Assembly: GCF_000195955.2 (NCBI RefSeq) | Contig: NC_000962.3 | Location: 2,730,001 to 2,762,000 of the forward strand | Direction: 5' to 3' | DNA length: 32,000 nt | Origin: Mycobacterium tuberculosis H37Rv | GTDB lineage: Bacteria; Actinomycetota; Actinomycetes; Mycobacteriales; Mycobacteriaceae | Shown: in pieces, positions 1 through 8,247 of the stretch | How positions within the stretch are numbered: the first letter of the stretch is position 1 | How the letters are laid out: every line of letters begins with the position of its first letter | The notes under the pieces: generated by a model | The model's database searches: none | Told to the model about the DNA's origin: nothing | What the model saw: only the letters and a program-made list of their open reading frames with translations | Translations under genes and position numbers: made by a program

Positions 1-560
1 GCTGTGGGTGTTTCCAACCAATCATCGATCCGAAAGGGCTGTTCGAACAGCATGAACAAGCCCGACACGATCTGGCCGACGGAGTTCTGCAGCATCAGGC
101 CGATGACGACTGACGTCACACCTAACGCGGCGAACAGTCCACCGACCCGCACCCCCCAGATGTAGGACAGGATCACCGCCAAACCTATGCCGATCAGCGC
201 GAAGCGCGCGACATCGACGAAGATGGCGGGTAGCCGCTTGCGCCAGCTCTGTTGGGGCGCACCCTGAAACAGGGTGGCATTCAGTAACGACAGCAGCAGC
301 ACCAGCACCAGAAATCCGAACGCTGTCGTGAGCACCCGCACGGTGGGGTCCTCGGCCGGGACTTCAGATGCCTTGACAAGCAGCAGCAAAACCGCGCCCA
401 GGGGTAGCAGGTAGTTTCGCAGCAGACTTGCCTGCCTGGCCAGATGGCTGTTCCGTCGGACGAGTATGTTGTGCAGTTCGGTGAGAACGATTAGCCCGGC
501 CGGCAATCCGATCGCAATGCCAACGGCCCAGTAGAACCATGTCGAGTCGAGCAGGTTCAT
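1..560 (-). CDS. MscS-family mechanosensitive channel protein, N-terminal membrane part only (gene continues beyond window start); Rv2434c-like
   Basis: It is absent from the ORF track because it runs off the window edge. The reverse-strand ATG at 560..558 overlaps the TGA of the upstream cyclase gene (ATGA, 557..560). My translation is MNLLDSTWFYWAVGIAIGLPAGLIVLTELHNILVRRNSHLARQASLLRNYLLPLGAVLLLLV...LPAIFVDVARFALIGIGLAVILSYIWGVRVGGLFAALGVTSVVIGLMLQNSVGQIVSGLFMLFEQPFRIDDW. This gives hydrophobic helices followed by an MscS pore-helix style segment. The frame stays open to base 1. Confidence 0.8.
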   Translation of the reverse strand, partial: MNLLDSTWFYWAVGIAIGLPAGLIVLTELHNILVRRNSHLARQASLLRNYLLPLGAVLLLLVKASEVPAEDPTVRVLTTAFGFLVLVLLLSLLNATLFQGAPQQSWRKRLPAIFVDVARFALIGIGLAVILSYIWGVRVGGLFAALGVTSVVIGLMLQNSVGQIVSGLFMLFEQPFRIDDWLETPT

Positions 561-2749
561 GATCGCTCCGACAATCGGTAGATCGGCTCTTCTAACCCTC
601 CGACAGAAATCGTGCCCGCAGCCGTGAACTGCCACACGTCTCGCATCGCCTCATACACCTGCGAGGTGACATAGATGCCGGGCTGTGGTGAACCGCTGTG
701 CATTTGGTAGGCCAGACTCACTGCCGCGCCCCACATGTCGTAGACGACACTTGATCTGCCGACCAGCCCGCTAATGACGTCCCCGGTGTTGATACCGACT
801 CGCAGGTGCAGATCGTTACCGGTTTGGCAATTGAACCGATCGACGATGCGCCGCATCTCTAGGGCGAAGTCGACGGTTCGGGGAATATTGTCCAGCCGTG
901 GCGTGGTTACCCCGCAACCGGCGAGATAGCCATTGTGCAGCGTGCGAATGCGTTCGACACCAAGGTGTTCGGCGGCCGAATCGAACTGGCGGACCAGCTC
1001 GTCGACAATTTTGACCAGTTCGTTACCCGACAGGCCGCTGGAAATCTCGTCGACACCCAGGATGTCGGCAAACAGGACGGTGACATCTTGGTGCTCCTGC
1101 GCAATGGTCTGCTCCCCAAGGCGGTACCGCTCGACAACTGGCTCGGGCATCATCGATAGCAATAACCGGTCGTTTTCCTTGCGTTGCTCGTTGAGCAGCT
1201 CCTCTTTGGTTTGCAGATTCCGACTCATCTCGTTGAAAGCGGCTGTAAGATCACCGATTTCGTCGCGTGACTTTACCGGAATGTTGACTTCGTAGTCGCC
1301 TGCGCTGATCTTCTGGGTGCCAACCTCGAGCCGCCGGATTGGCCGCACCATCGCATGGGCGATCAGCATCGACGCCACACAGATGACGACAATGATGCCA
1401 ACTGTAACCAGCACAAGCGCCCTGCTGAACGACGCGACGGCCGCGAACGCCTCAGAATCGTTCCGCGTTGCCAGGATCGACCAGTGCAGATCGGAGTCCG
1501 GCACATTCAGCGGCGCGTAGGCCTCCAGTTCCCTGCTACCCGTGTAGTCGGTGGAGGTGACGGTTCCGGTCTGTCCGCGTTGGGCGGCGCGCAGTCCTTC
1601 GGTCGCAACAGGCTGCAGCAGCGTCGTCCCACCGAACTGGATCGCTCTGTTGACCACATCAAGTGACGTGCCTGCTGCCACAACCTGTTTCCGGTATTCC
1701 TCCGGGTCTTGCAGGAAGAGCCGAGAATCGGACCGCATCAGACTGTCCGGACCGGCGAGATAGGTTTCCGTCCCACTACCCATGCCAGCCGCTTGCCATT
1801 GCCTGTCGGCGGTCATGATCTTATTGATCTTGTCGATCGGCAACGGCAGCGCCAAAACGCCCTGAGTTTTGCCGCCCGCTTCGACCGGTGCCACCAACCA
1901 CGCGGTCGGCACGCCGAGTTGAGGCTGATACGGCTTGAAGTCGGTAATCCAGGTAAAGTCGACGGCGTTGGCGCCCAACGCTTTAAGGTAGGCGTCACGC
2001 AGATTGGATTCGCGATACGGCCCGGTCAGAATGTTGGTACCGAGGTCGGGGTCCTTGCTCAGGGTATAGACGATATTGCCCCGGGTGTCCAGCAATACCG
2101 CGTCGTCGTAATCGAACCGGGTGACGATTTCCCGGAAATAGCTGTTGAATTGCGCGTTGGCGGCCGACCATGCACTGCCGTCGCCGGCATCGTCCAGCCG
2201 CATCGCATCTTGGTCCGACGTGAATGGTGCAGTGTAGTACGCCTGAAGATACCTTTGGGCCGGAGAAGTCGGCAGCAGCGCGGTGATGTCGAGTTTATCG
2301 CCGGTCGTGCGTTCGACGGGTGTGATGAATTCGTTGTTGTAGTAGTTGACGATCGCCTGTTGTTGGGCGGGGCTGATCGTGGCGTCAGCCAGCTGGTCAA
2401 AGCCGGCCGTGAACCGCACGACGGCATCGACAACCGTGAGTCCACGTTCGTAAATGACCAGCGAATTCGTCAGGTCAGAAAATAGTGTCTCAACTGCCCG
2501 CTTCTGCGACTCGCGCAACTGGGTCAACCGCTCGTAGGCGGCTGCTCTTAGCGAAGTGCGACCAGATTGATAGACAATGGCCGCAATCGCCGCGACGGAC
2601 ACGATACTCGTCAACAGCAGCAGCACCATGAGCTTGGACTGGATGCTGGCCCGGAAACGCGGCCGACGCCGGAGCACATTCTTATGGCGCTTCTTAGCCG
2701 GGGTGGATTCACTCTCGGCTACCGAGTCCAGTGCCTCACCCGACGTCAA
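557..2749 (-). CDS. Membrane receptor-type class III nucleotide cyclase homologue (TM - large extracytoplasmic domain - TM - HAMP - cyclase homology domain); Rv2435c-like
   Basis: The ORF has 730 codons. Its TTG start at 2749 is preceded by GAGGGGAAG. TM1 is LMVLLLLTSIVSVAAIAAIVY and TM2 is ALVLVTVGIIVVICVASMLIAHAMV. A HAMP-like linker follows (RPIRRLEVGTQKISAGDYEV...DEIGDLTAAFNEM). The C-terminal cyclase fold motifs are VTVLFADILG and LRVGINTGDVISGLVG. Confidence 0.9.
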   Translation of the reverse strand: MTSGEALDSVAESESTPAKKRHKNVLRRRPRFRASIQSKLMVLLLLTSIVSVAAIAAIVYQSGRTSLRAAAYERLTQLRESQKRAVETLFSDLTNSLVIYERGLTVVDAVVRFTAGFDQLADATISPAQQQAIVNYYNNEFITPVERTTGDKLDITALLPTSPAQRYLQAYYTAPFTSDQDAMRLDDAGDGSAWSAANAQFNSYFREIVTRFDYDDAVLLDTRGNIVYTLSKDPDLGTNILTGPYRESNLRDAYLKALGANAVDFTWITDFKPYQPQLGVPTAWLVAPVEAGGKTQGVLALPLPIDKINKIMTADRQWQAAGMGSGTETYLAGPDSLMRSDSRLFLQDPEEYRKQVVAAGTSLDVVNRAIQFGGTTLLQPVATEGLRAAQRGQTGTVTSTDYTGSRELEAYAPLNVPDSDLHWSILATRNDSEAFAAVASFSRALVLVTVGIIVVICVASMLIAHAMVRPIRRLEVGTQKISAGDYEVNIPVKSRDEIGDLTAAFNEMSRNLQTKEELLNEQRKENDRLLLSMMPEPVVERYRLGEQTIAQEHQDVTVLFADILGVDEISSGLSGNELVKIVDELVRQFDSAAEHLGVERIRTLHNGYLAGCGVTTPRLDNIPRTVDFALEMRRIVDRFNCQTGNDLHLRVGINTGDVISGLVGRSSVVYDMWGAAVSLAYQMHSGSPQPGIYVTSQVYEAMRDVWQFTAAGTISVGGLEEPIYRLSERS

Positions 2750-3229
2750 CCGGCTTCCCCTCTGCTGTCGGTCGCAGGCTGCTCTACGACGCGCCGATTA
2801 CGCAGCAGACTAACGTGCCCAGCCCACGATCATCGCGTTTGCCGAAAAGCCACCAGCGACCAATCGAGGAATGCGCCGCGTACGGGTCCTCGTCATCGTC
2901 CTCGTCGCGCACGCGCTTCTTGAGGGGTGGTAGCGATTGGTTCTGGGTGGTCCGTAATCGAGGTGAGCCAGGATAGCTCGGCCGTATCGCAATGTTCAGC
3001 GAGTCGATGGATCAACACATGCCCCGGCACCGGCAACCGCTGCGGAGTGGTCAACGCATCAAACGACGACGCACTCAGACCATCGACCGACAGCATCGAG
3101 CCGGTCCAGCATCCCGACCACCCGTCCCGATCCGCAAGCATGTTCGAATACTGGGACGCGCCACCGACAGGACACCCACTGATACCCTTGGGACAAAAGT
3201 GACACAAGTGATTTCAGCCAACAGCAAGC

Positions 3230-4144
3230 ATGGCAAACGCCAGTGAGACTAACGTCGGCCCCATGGCGCCCCGGGTGTGCGTGGTAGGCAGCGTGAACAT
3301 GGACCTGACGTTCGTGGTGGACGCGCTTCCGCGCCCCGGCGAGACGGTGCTTGCGGCGTCGTTGACCCGAACGCCAGGCGGGAAGGGCGCCAACCAGGCG
3401 GTGGCCGCAGCGCGCGCAGGCGCGCAGGTACAGTTCTCCGGTGCATTCGGCGACGATCCAGCCGCCGCCCAGCTGCGGGCCCACCTGCGCGCCAACGCCG
3501 TTGGACTGGACAGGACCGTCACGGTGCCCGGACCGAGCGGGACGGCGATTATCGTGGTCGATGCCAGCGCCGAGAACACCGTGCTGGTGGCGCCGGGTGC
3601 CAATGCACATCTGACTCCGGTACCCTCGGCCGTCGCCAACTGCGATGTACTGTTGACCCAGTTGGAGATTCCTGTTGCAACCGCGCTGGCAGCCGCGCGG
3701 GCAGCCCAGTCGGCCGATGCGGTTGTCATGGTCAACGCCTCCCCAGCCGGCCAGGATCGAAGCTCCTTGCAGGACTTGGCCGCTATCGCCGACGTGGTGA
3801 TCGCCAACGAGCATGAGGCAAACGACTGGCCGTCGCCACCAACACATTTCGTGATCACCCTGGGTGTGCGCGGTGCCCGGTACGTCGGCGCGGACGGGGT
3901 GTTCGAGGTACCCGCCCCAACGGTAACGCCAGTGGATACCGCCGGCGCCGGCGACGTATTTGCCGGGGTCCTTGCTGCGAATTGGCCGCGCAACCCAGGT
4001 TCGCCGGCCGAGCGACTGCGCGCATTGCGGCGGGCCTGCGCTGCGGGTGCGCTGGCAACTTTGGTGTCCGGTGTCGGCGACTGCGCACCGGCCGCCGCCG
4101 CGATCGATGCGGCCCTGCGAGCCAACCGCCACAACGGTTCATGA
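3230..4144 (+). CDS. rbsK: Ribokinase (PfkB family carbohydrate kinase)
   Basis: The ORF has 304 codons. It has the N-terminal VCVVGSVNMDL and PGGKGANQAVAAAR motifs and the C-terminal DTAGAGDVFAG anion-hole motif typical of ribokinase/PfkB. An alternative start at Met12 is possible. Confidence 0.85.
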   Translation: MANASETNVGPMAPRVCVVGSVNMDLTFVVDALPRPGETVLAASLTRTPGGKGANQAVAAARAGAQVQFSGAFGDDPAAAQLRAHLRANAVGLDRTVTVPGPSGTAIIVVDASAENTVLVAPGANAHLTPVPSAVANCDVLLTQLEIPVATALAAARAAQSADAVVMVNASPAGQDRSSLQDLAAIADVVIANEHEANDWPSPPTHFVITLGVRGARYVGADGVFEVPAPTVTPVDTAGAGDVFAGVLAANWPRNPGSPAERLRALRRACAAGALATLVSGVGDCAPAAAAIDAALRANRHNGS

Positions 4145-4357
4145 CCACTGCTACGCACCGAAGGAGACCCGCTGATGCGAACGACCACCGCGGCCGACTT
4201 AGCGCTGGCACTCTTCGCGGTTTTCAGTGTGGTCGGATTCGGCTGACGCAGTTGGCTGCAGCACCGACGCACCGGATCCACCGGCTTTCGCGGCGTCAGC
4301 GGCCGGGTCGGTTCGCTGGAGTGGATTACCGGGACGTGCTTTGTCATCGCCCTGATC

Positions 4358-4795
4358 GTGACGGTGGTCGCTGCGGTGCTGCAGCGGACCAACGTTGTCC
4401 AACCGCTGAATACTCTGCGCATGGTCTGGATTCAGGTTGCCGGCATAATCCCGGCGACGGCCGGGATCGCGGCCACGGTTTACGCCCAGCTTGCGATGGG
4501 CGATTCGTGGCGGATCGGGGTGGACGAGCAGGAGAACACCACTCTGGTGCGCACCGGCCCGTTTAAATGGGTGCGTCACCCCATCTACACGGCCATGATG
4601 GCGTTTGGCCTCGGGCTGTTGCTGGTGACTCCGAATCTCGTTGCCCTCGCCGGGTTTATCCTGCTCGTTGCCACGCTCGAGGTGCATGTCCGCCGCGTCG
4701 AAGAACCCTACCTGTTGCGGACGCACAGTGCCGTCTACCGCGGCTACACCGCCAGCGTCGGCCGGTTCGTCCCGGGTGTGGGGTTGATCCGCTAG
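4358..4795 (+). CDS. Isoprenylcysteine carboxyl methyltransferase (ICMT/PEMT)-family membrane protein, apparently N-terminally truncated (see finding)
   Basis: The C-terminal signature is GPFKWVRHPIYTAMMAFGLGLLL ... VRRVEEPYLLRTHSAVYRGY (RHPxY and EExxL motifs). The first available start after an in-frame TGA is the GTG at 4358, with another GTG at 4376, and both fall inside a predicted TM helix. Its stop overlaps the convergent nadE stop in the palindrome CTAG (4792..4795). Confidence 0.7.
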   Translation: MTVVAAVLQRTNVVQPLNTLRMVWIQVAGIIPATAGIAATVYAQLAMGDSWRIGVDEQENTTLVRTGPFKWVRHPIYTAMMAFGLGLLLVTPNLVALAGFILLVATLEVHVRRVEEPYLLRTHSAVYRGYTASVGRFVPGVGLIR

Positions 4796-6831
4796 CCCTT
4801 GGGCACCTCACGGTCGATCTGATCGAGCCAGATTCGCGCTGACATATCCGACGGGGCCCGCCAATCCCCACGCGGCGACAACGCGCCCCCGTGGGACACC
4901 TTGGGGCCGTTGGGCAATGCCGAACGCTTGAACTGGCTAAACGAATAAAACCGCTGGACGAAAATCTGCAGCCAATGCCGGATTTCGGCCAATGAATAGG
5001 ACGGGCGTTCGCTCTTTGGGAAGCCGGGCGGCCAGTTGCCCCGCTCCGCATCGTTCCACGCATGCCAGGCCAAAAACGCAATCTTCGACGGGCGAAATCC
5101 GTAGCGCAGTACCTGAAAAAGCGAAAAGTCCTGTAGGGCGAAAGGTCCGACCTTGGCCTCGCTGCTCTGCAGCTCCTCCTCGCCGGTCGGAATGAGTTCG
5201 GGGGTGATCTCGGTGTCGAGCACCGACTGCAATACCTCACCCACCTTCTCACCGAACTCACCCGCCGAAATGACCCACCGGATCAGGTGCTGGATCAGCG
5301 TCTTGGGCACACCGGCGTTGACGTTGTAGTGCGACATCTGGTCGCCGACACCGTATGTCGACCAACCCAGTGCCAGCTCCGACAGGTCCCCGGTGCCCAG
5401 TACGATTCCCCCGCGCTGGTTGGCGATACGGAAAAGATAGTCGGTGCGCAACCCGGCCTGGACGTTCTCGAAGGTGACGTCGTACACTTTTTCGCCAACC
5501 GAATACGGATGGCCGATTGTGTGCAGCATCAACCGAGCGGTGTCGCCGATATCGATTTCGGAGAAGGTAACCCCCAGCGCACGTGCCAGCTTGATCGCGT
5601 TGTTCTTAGTGTGCTCCCCGGTGGCGAATCCGGGCAACGCAAACGCCAGAATGTCGCTGCGCGGCCGGCCCTCGCGGTCCATGGCATGGGTCGCGACGAT
5701 CAGCGCGTGCGTCGAGTCCAATCCCCCGGACACACCGATAACGACCTTCGGATAGTCCAGCGCCCGCAACCGTTGCTCGAGTCCAGACACCTGGATGTTG
5801 TAGGCCTCGTAGCAATCCTGTTGCAATCGTTGCGGATCGGCCGGAACGAACGGGAACCGCTCGACCTCGCGCAGCAGTCCGATGTCGCCTGCCGGTGGGT
5901 CGAGTGCGAAGTCGATGCGCCGGAACGATTCCGTTAACTCCCGGTGGTGACGCCGGTTGTCGTCGAACGTGCCCATCCGCAGCCGCTCCGACCGAAGCAA
6001 CTCGGTGTCAACGTCGGCGACACTGCGGCGCACTCCTTTGGGGAAACGTTCGGACTCCGCGAGCAGTGCGCCATTCTCCCAGATCATCGTCTGACCGTCC
6101 CAGGCCAGGTCCGTCGTTGACTCCCCCTCCCCCGCGGCGGCATAGACATAGGCAGCCAGACACCGCGCCGACGCCGAGCGCGCAAGCAGCCGGCGGTCCT
6201 CGGCACGGCCGATGGTGATCGGGCTGCCGGACAGATTCGCCAGCACCGTCGCGCCCGCCAGGGCCGCCTCGGCGCTGGGCGGCATCGGCACAAACATGTC
6301 CTCGCAGATCTCCACATGCAACACAAAGCCGGGTAGATCTGACGCGGCGAACAACAGGTCCGTGCCGAAGGCCACGTCGGCGCCACCGATGCGGATCGTG
6401 CCCCGCTCCCCGTCTCCGGGCGCCATCTGGCGCCGCTCGTAGAACTCGCGATAGGTGGGTAGATACGACTTGGGCACCACGCCGAGCACGGCGCCGCGGT
6501 GAATGACGACCGCGGTGTTGTAGATGCGGTGTCGATGCCGCAGCGGAGCCCCGACCACCAGTACAGGTAACAGGTCGGCGGATTCGGTCACCAGGTCGAG
6601 CAGCGCGTCCTCGACGGCATCGAGCAGAGAGTCCTGCAGTAGTACGTCCTCGATGGAGTAGCCCGACAGCGTCAGCTCAGGAAAGACCGCCAACGCTGCG
6701 CCATCGTCGTGGCACGCACGGGCCATGTCCAATACCGACGCGGCGTTGGCCGCCGGGTCACCGATGGTGGTGTGGTGAGTGCAGGCGGCAACGCGCACGA
6801 ACCCGTGCTGGTAGGCGGAGTAAAAGTTCAT
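4792..6831 (-). CDS. nadE: Glutamine-dependent NAD+ synthetase (CN-hydrolase glutaminase domain + NAD synthetase domain)
   Basis: The track ORF is 738 codons. I place the start at the ATG at 6831 (MNFYSAYQHGFVRVAAC...), which is preceded by GAAAGGACG, giving 679 aa. The glutaminase region contains FPELTLSGY, and the ATP-pyrophosphatase motif VSGGLDS is present in the synthetase domain. Confidence 0.93.
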   Translation of the reverse strand: MNFYSAYQHGFVRVAACTHHTTIGDPAANAASVLDMARACHDDGAALAVFPELTLSGYSIEDVLLQDSLLDAVEDALLDLVTESADLLPVLVVGAPLRHRHRIYNTAVVIHRGAVLGVVPKSYLPTYREFYERRQMAPGDGERGTIRIGGADVAFGTDLLFAASDLPGFVLHVEICEDMFVPMPPSAEAALAGATVLANLSGSPITIGRAEDRRLLARSASARCLAAYVYAAAGEGESTTDLAWDGQTMIWENGALLAESERFPKGVRRSVADVDTELLRSERLRMGTFDDNRRHHRELTESFRRIDFALDPPAGDIGLLREVERFPFVPADPQRLQQDCYEAYNIQVSGLEQRLRALDYPKVVIGVSGGLDSTHALIVATHAMDREGRPRSDILAFALPGFATGEHTKNNAIKLARALGVTFSEIDIGDTARLMLHTIGHPYSVGEKVYDVTFENVQAGLRTDYLFRIANQRGGIVLGTGDLSELALGWSTYGVGDQMSHYNVNAGVPKTLIQHLIRWVISAGEFGEKVGEVLQSVLDTEITPELIPTGEEELQSSEAKVGPFALQDFSLFQVLRYGFRPSKIAFLAWHAWNDAERGNWPPGFPKSERPSYSLAEIRHWLQIFVQRFYSFSQFKRSALPNGPKVSHGGALSPRGDWRAPSDMSARIWLDQIDREVPKG

Positions 6832-7116
6832 CGTCCTTTCATTGTCGCCCAGCGACGTCAGAACGCCCGAATCACCCGCCGAGTATCCACGCTCGACACC
6901 GTGGAATCCCCCGCGCTGCTGGCAGATGGCGGCATTGACCGGCGTGGGGATGCTACCGACTGGGCCGCTGCCGACCCTGGGCCCTGATTGGCCGCCGAGC
7001 AGTCCCATGACGATCCGCTAGTTCACCTCGGATACCCGCTCGGCCGCAATGCGCAGCTAGCGGCCATGTTGATCGAAATCATTTGGGGTACACCGCATCT
7101 CGGAGCAATATGGTAG

Positions 7117-8247
7117 CTAAACTTGCTTAGCTTGCTTCGCCGACACCGCGACCAGATCGTCGGCGTGCACCACCGGGCGGCGCAGCTCGCCGGGTAGCTC
7201 AGAGGTGGACCGGCCCACCATGGTGGCCAGCTCGGACGCGTCGTAGGCAACCACCCCGCGGGCTACCATGGCCGCGTCGGGTGCACGCAGTTCGACCACA
7301 TCGCCGCCGCAAAACCGGCCGGACACCGCGGTGATACCCGCCGCCAGCAGTGACCGGCGTTGTCGCACCACAGCGCGCACCGCACCGGCGTCGAGAGTCA
7401 GTGCGCCGGTTGCTTCGGCGGCATAACGCACCCAGAACCGCCGGGCCGACAGACGCGCGGGCCGGGCCGCAAACACCGTGCCCACCGACGCGTCGGCGAG
7501 CGCGGTCGCGGCGTCGGCCGCGGGGGCCAGCAGTACCGGCACCCCGGCGTCGGCGGCCAACAGCGCCGCCGCCACCTTGGACGCCATGCCGCCAGTACCC
7601 AGGTGGCTACTGCGGCCGGCGACCACACCGTCCAGATCCGCCGGCCCGGACACCTCCGGAATGAACGTCGCGTCCGCGGTTTTGCGCGGGTCGCAGTCGT
7701 AGAGGCCGTCGATGTCCGACAGCAGCACCAAAGCGTCGGCGCCGACCAGGTGCGCCACCAGTGCAGACAGCCGATCGTTGTCACCGAACCGGATCTCGTT
7801 GGTGGCCACGGTGTCGTTCTCGTTGACAATCGCCACCGCGTGCAACGCGCGCAGCCGATCCAGCGTGCGTTGGGCGTTGGTGTGCTGCACCCGCATCGAA
7901 ATGTCGTGCGCGGTCAGCAGCACCTGGCCCACCGTGCGGCCGTAGCGGGCGAACGCCGCGCTCCACGAGTTCACCAGCGCGACCTGCCCGACGCTGGCCG
8001 CCGCCTGCTTGGTCGCCAGATCTTTGGGACGACGGGACAGCCCGAGCGGCTCGATGCCGGCGGCGATGGCGCCCGAAGACACGATGACGACGTCGGAACC
8101 CGCCTTCATCCGCCGCTCGACCGCCTCGGCCAGTCCGGCCAGCCGGCCGGCATCGAACATCCCGGACGGTGTGGTAAGCGCCGTGGTCCCGACCTTCACG
8201 ACAAGGCCGCGCGCGGTCCGGATTGCGTCCCGATGCGGACTTCTCAT
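7117..8247 (-). CDS. proB: Glutamate 5-kinase (with C-terminal PUA domain)
   Basis: The ORF has 376 codons. It starts [11 protein letters not shown], contains the amino-acid kinase fold motifs ([16 protein letters not shown]), and ends in a PUA-like C-terminus. Its ATG shares one base with the obg stop (TGATG at 8245..8249). Confidence 0.95.
   Translation of the reverse strand: MRSPHRDAIRTARGLVVKVGTTALTTPSGMFDAGRLAGLAEAVERRMKAGSDVVIVSSGAIAAGIEPLGLSRRPKDLATKQAAASVGQVALVNSWSAAFARYGRTVGQVLLTAHDISMRVQHTNAQRTLDRLRALHAVAIVNENDTVATNEIRFGDNDRLSALVAHLVGADALVLLSDIDGLYDCDPRKTADATFIPEVSGPADLDGVVAGRSSHLGTGGMASKVAAALLAADAGVPVLLAPAADAATALADASVGTVFAARPARLSARRFWVRYAAEATGALTLDAGAVRAVVRQRRSLLAAGITAVSGRFCGGDVVELRAPDAAMVARGVVAYDASELATMVGRSTSELPGELRRPVVHADDLVAVSAKQAKQV

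Noticed and set aside
2893-3207. 104-codon minus-strand ORF in the 480-bp gap between the cyclase gene and rbsK. The neighbouring frame at 2810..2992 might indicate a frameshifted relic
   Set aside because: It has a TTG start without an SD. By my hand count, third-position GC is only about 60%, close to the local average, so there is no coding periodicity. I recognise no motif. A decayed pseudogene cannot be excluded, but I cannot support a call.
3214-4422. 402-codon ORF on the minus strand, antisense to rbsK
   Set aside because: It is a typical high-GC shadow ORF. Its composition is Ala/Arg/Ser/Pro-rich and low-complexity, with no motif. The opposite strand encodes a ribokinase with clear PfkB motifs over the same bases.
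4141-4566. An ATG at 4141 overlaps the rbsK stop (ATGA), suggesting a translationally coupled downstream gene
   Set aside because: That frame (the tail of track ORF 3982..4566) is Arg/Gly/His-rich nonsense. The recognisable ICMT-family protein is in a different frame and has its own SD and ATG at 4175.
6709-6987. 92-codon plus-strand ORF overlapping the 5' end of nadE in antisense. I believe a small hypothetical gene has been annotated about here
   Set aside because: Its product is Arg/Gly-rich (MARTGHVQYRRGVGRRVTDGG...) with no SD and no motif. 123 nt of it are antisense to the nadE coding sequence. By my hand count, its codon-position GC pattern is no better than that of the opposite frame.
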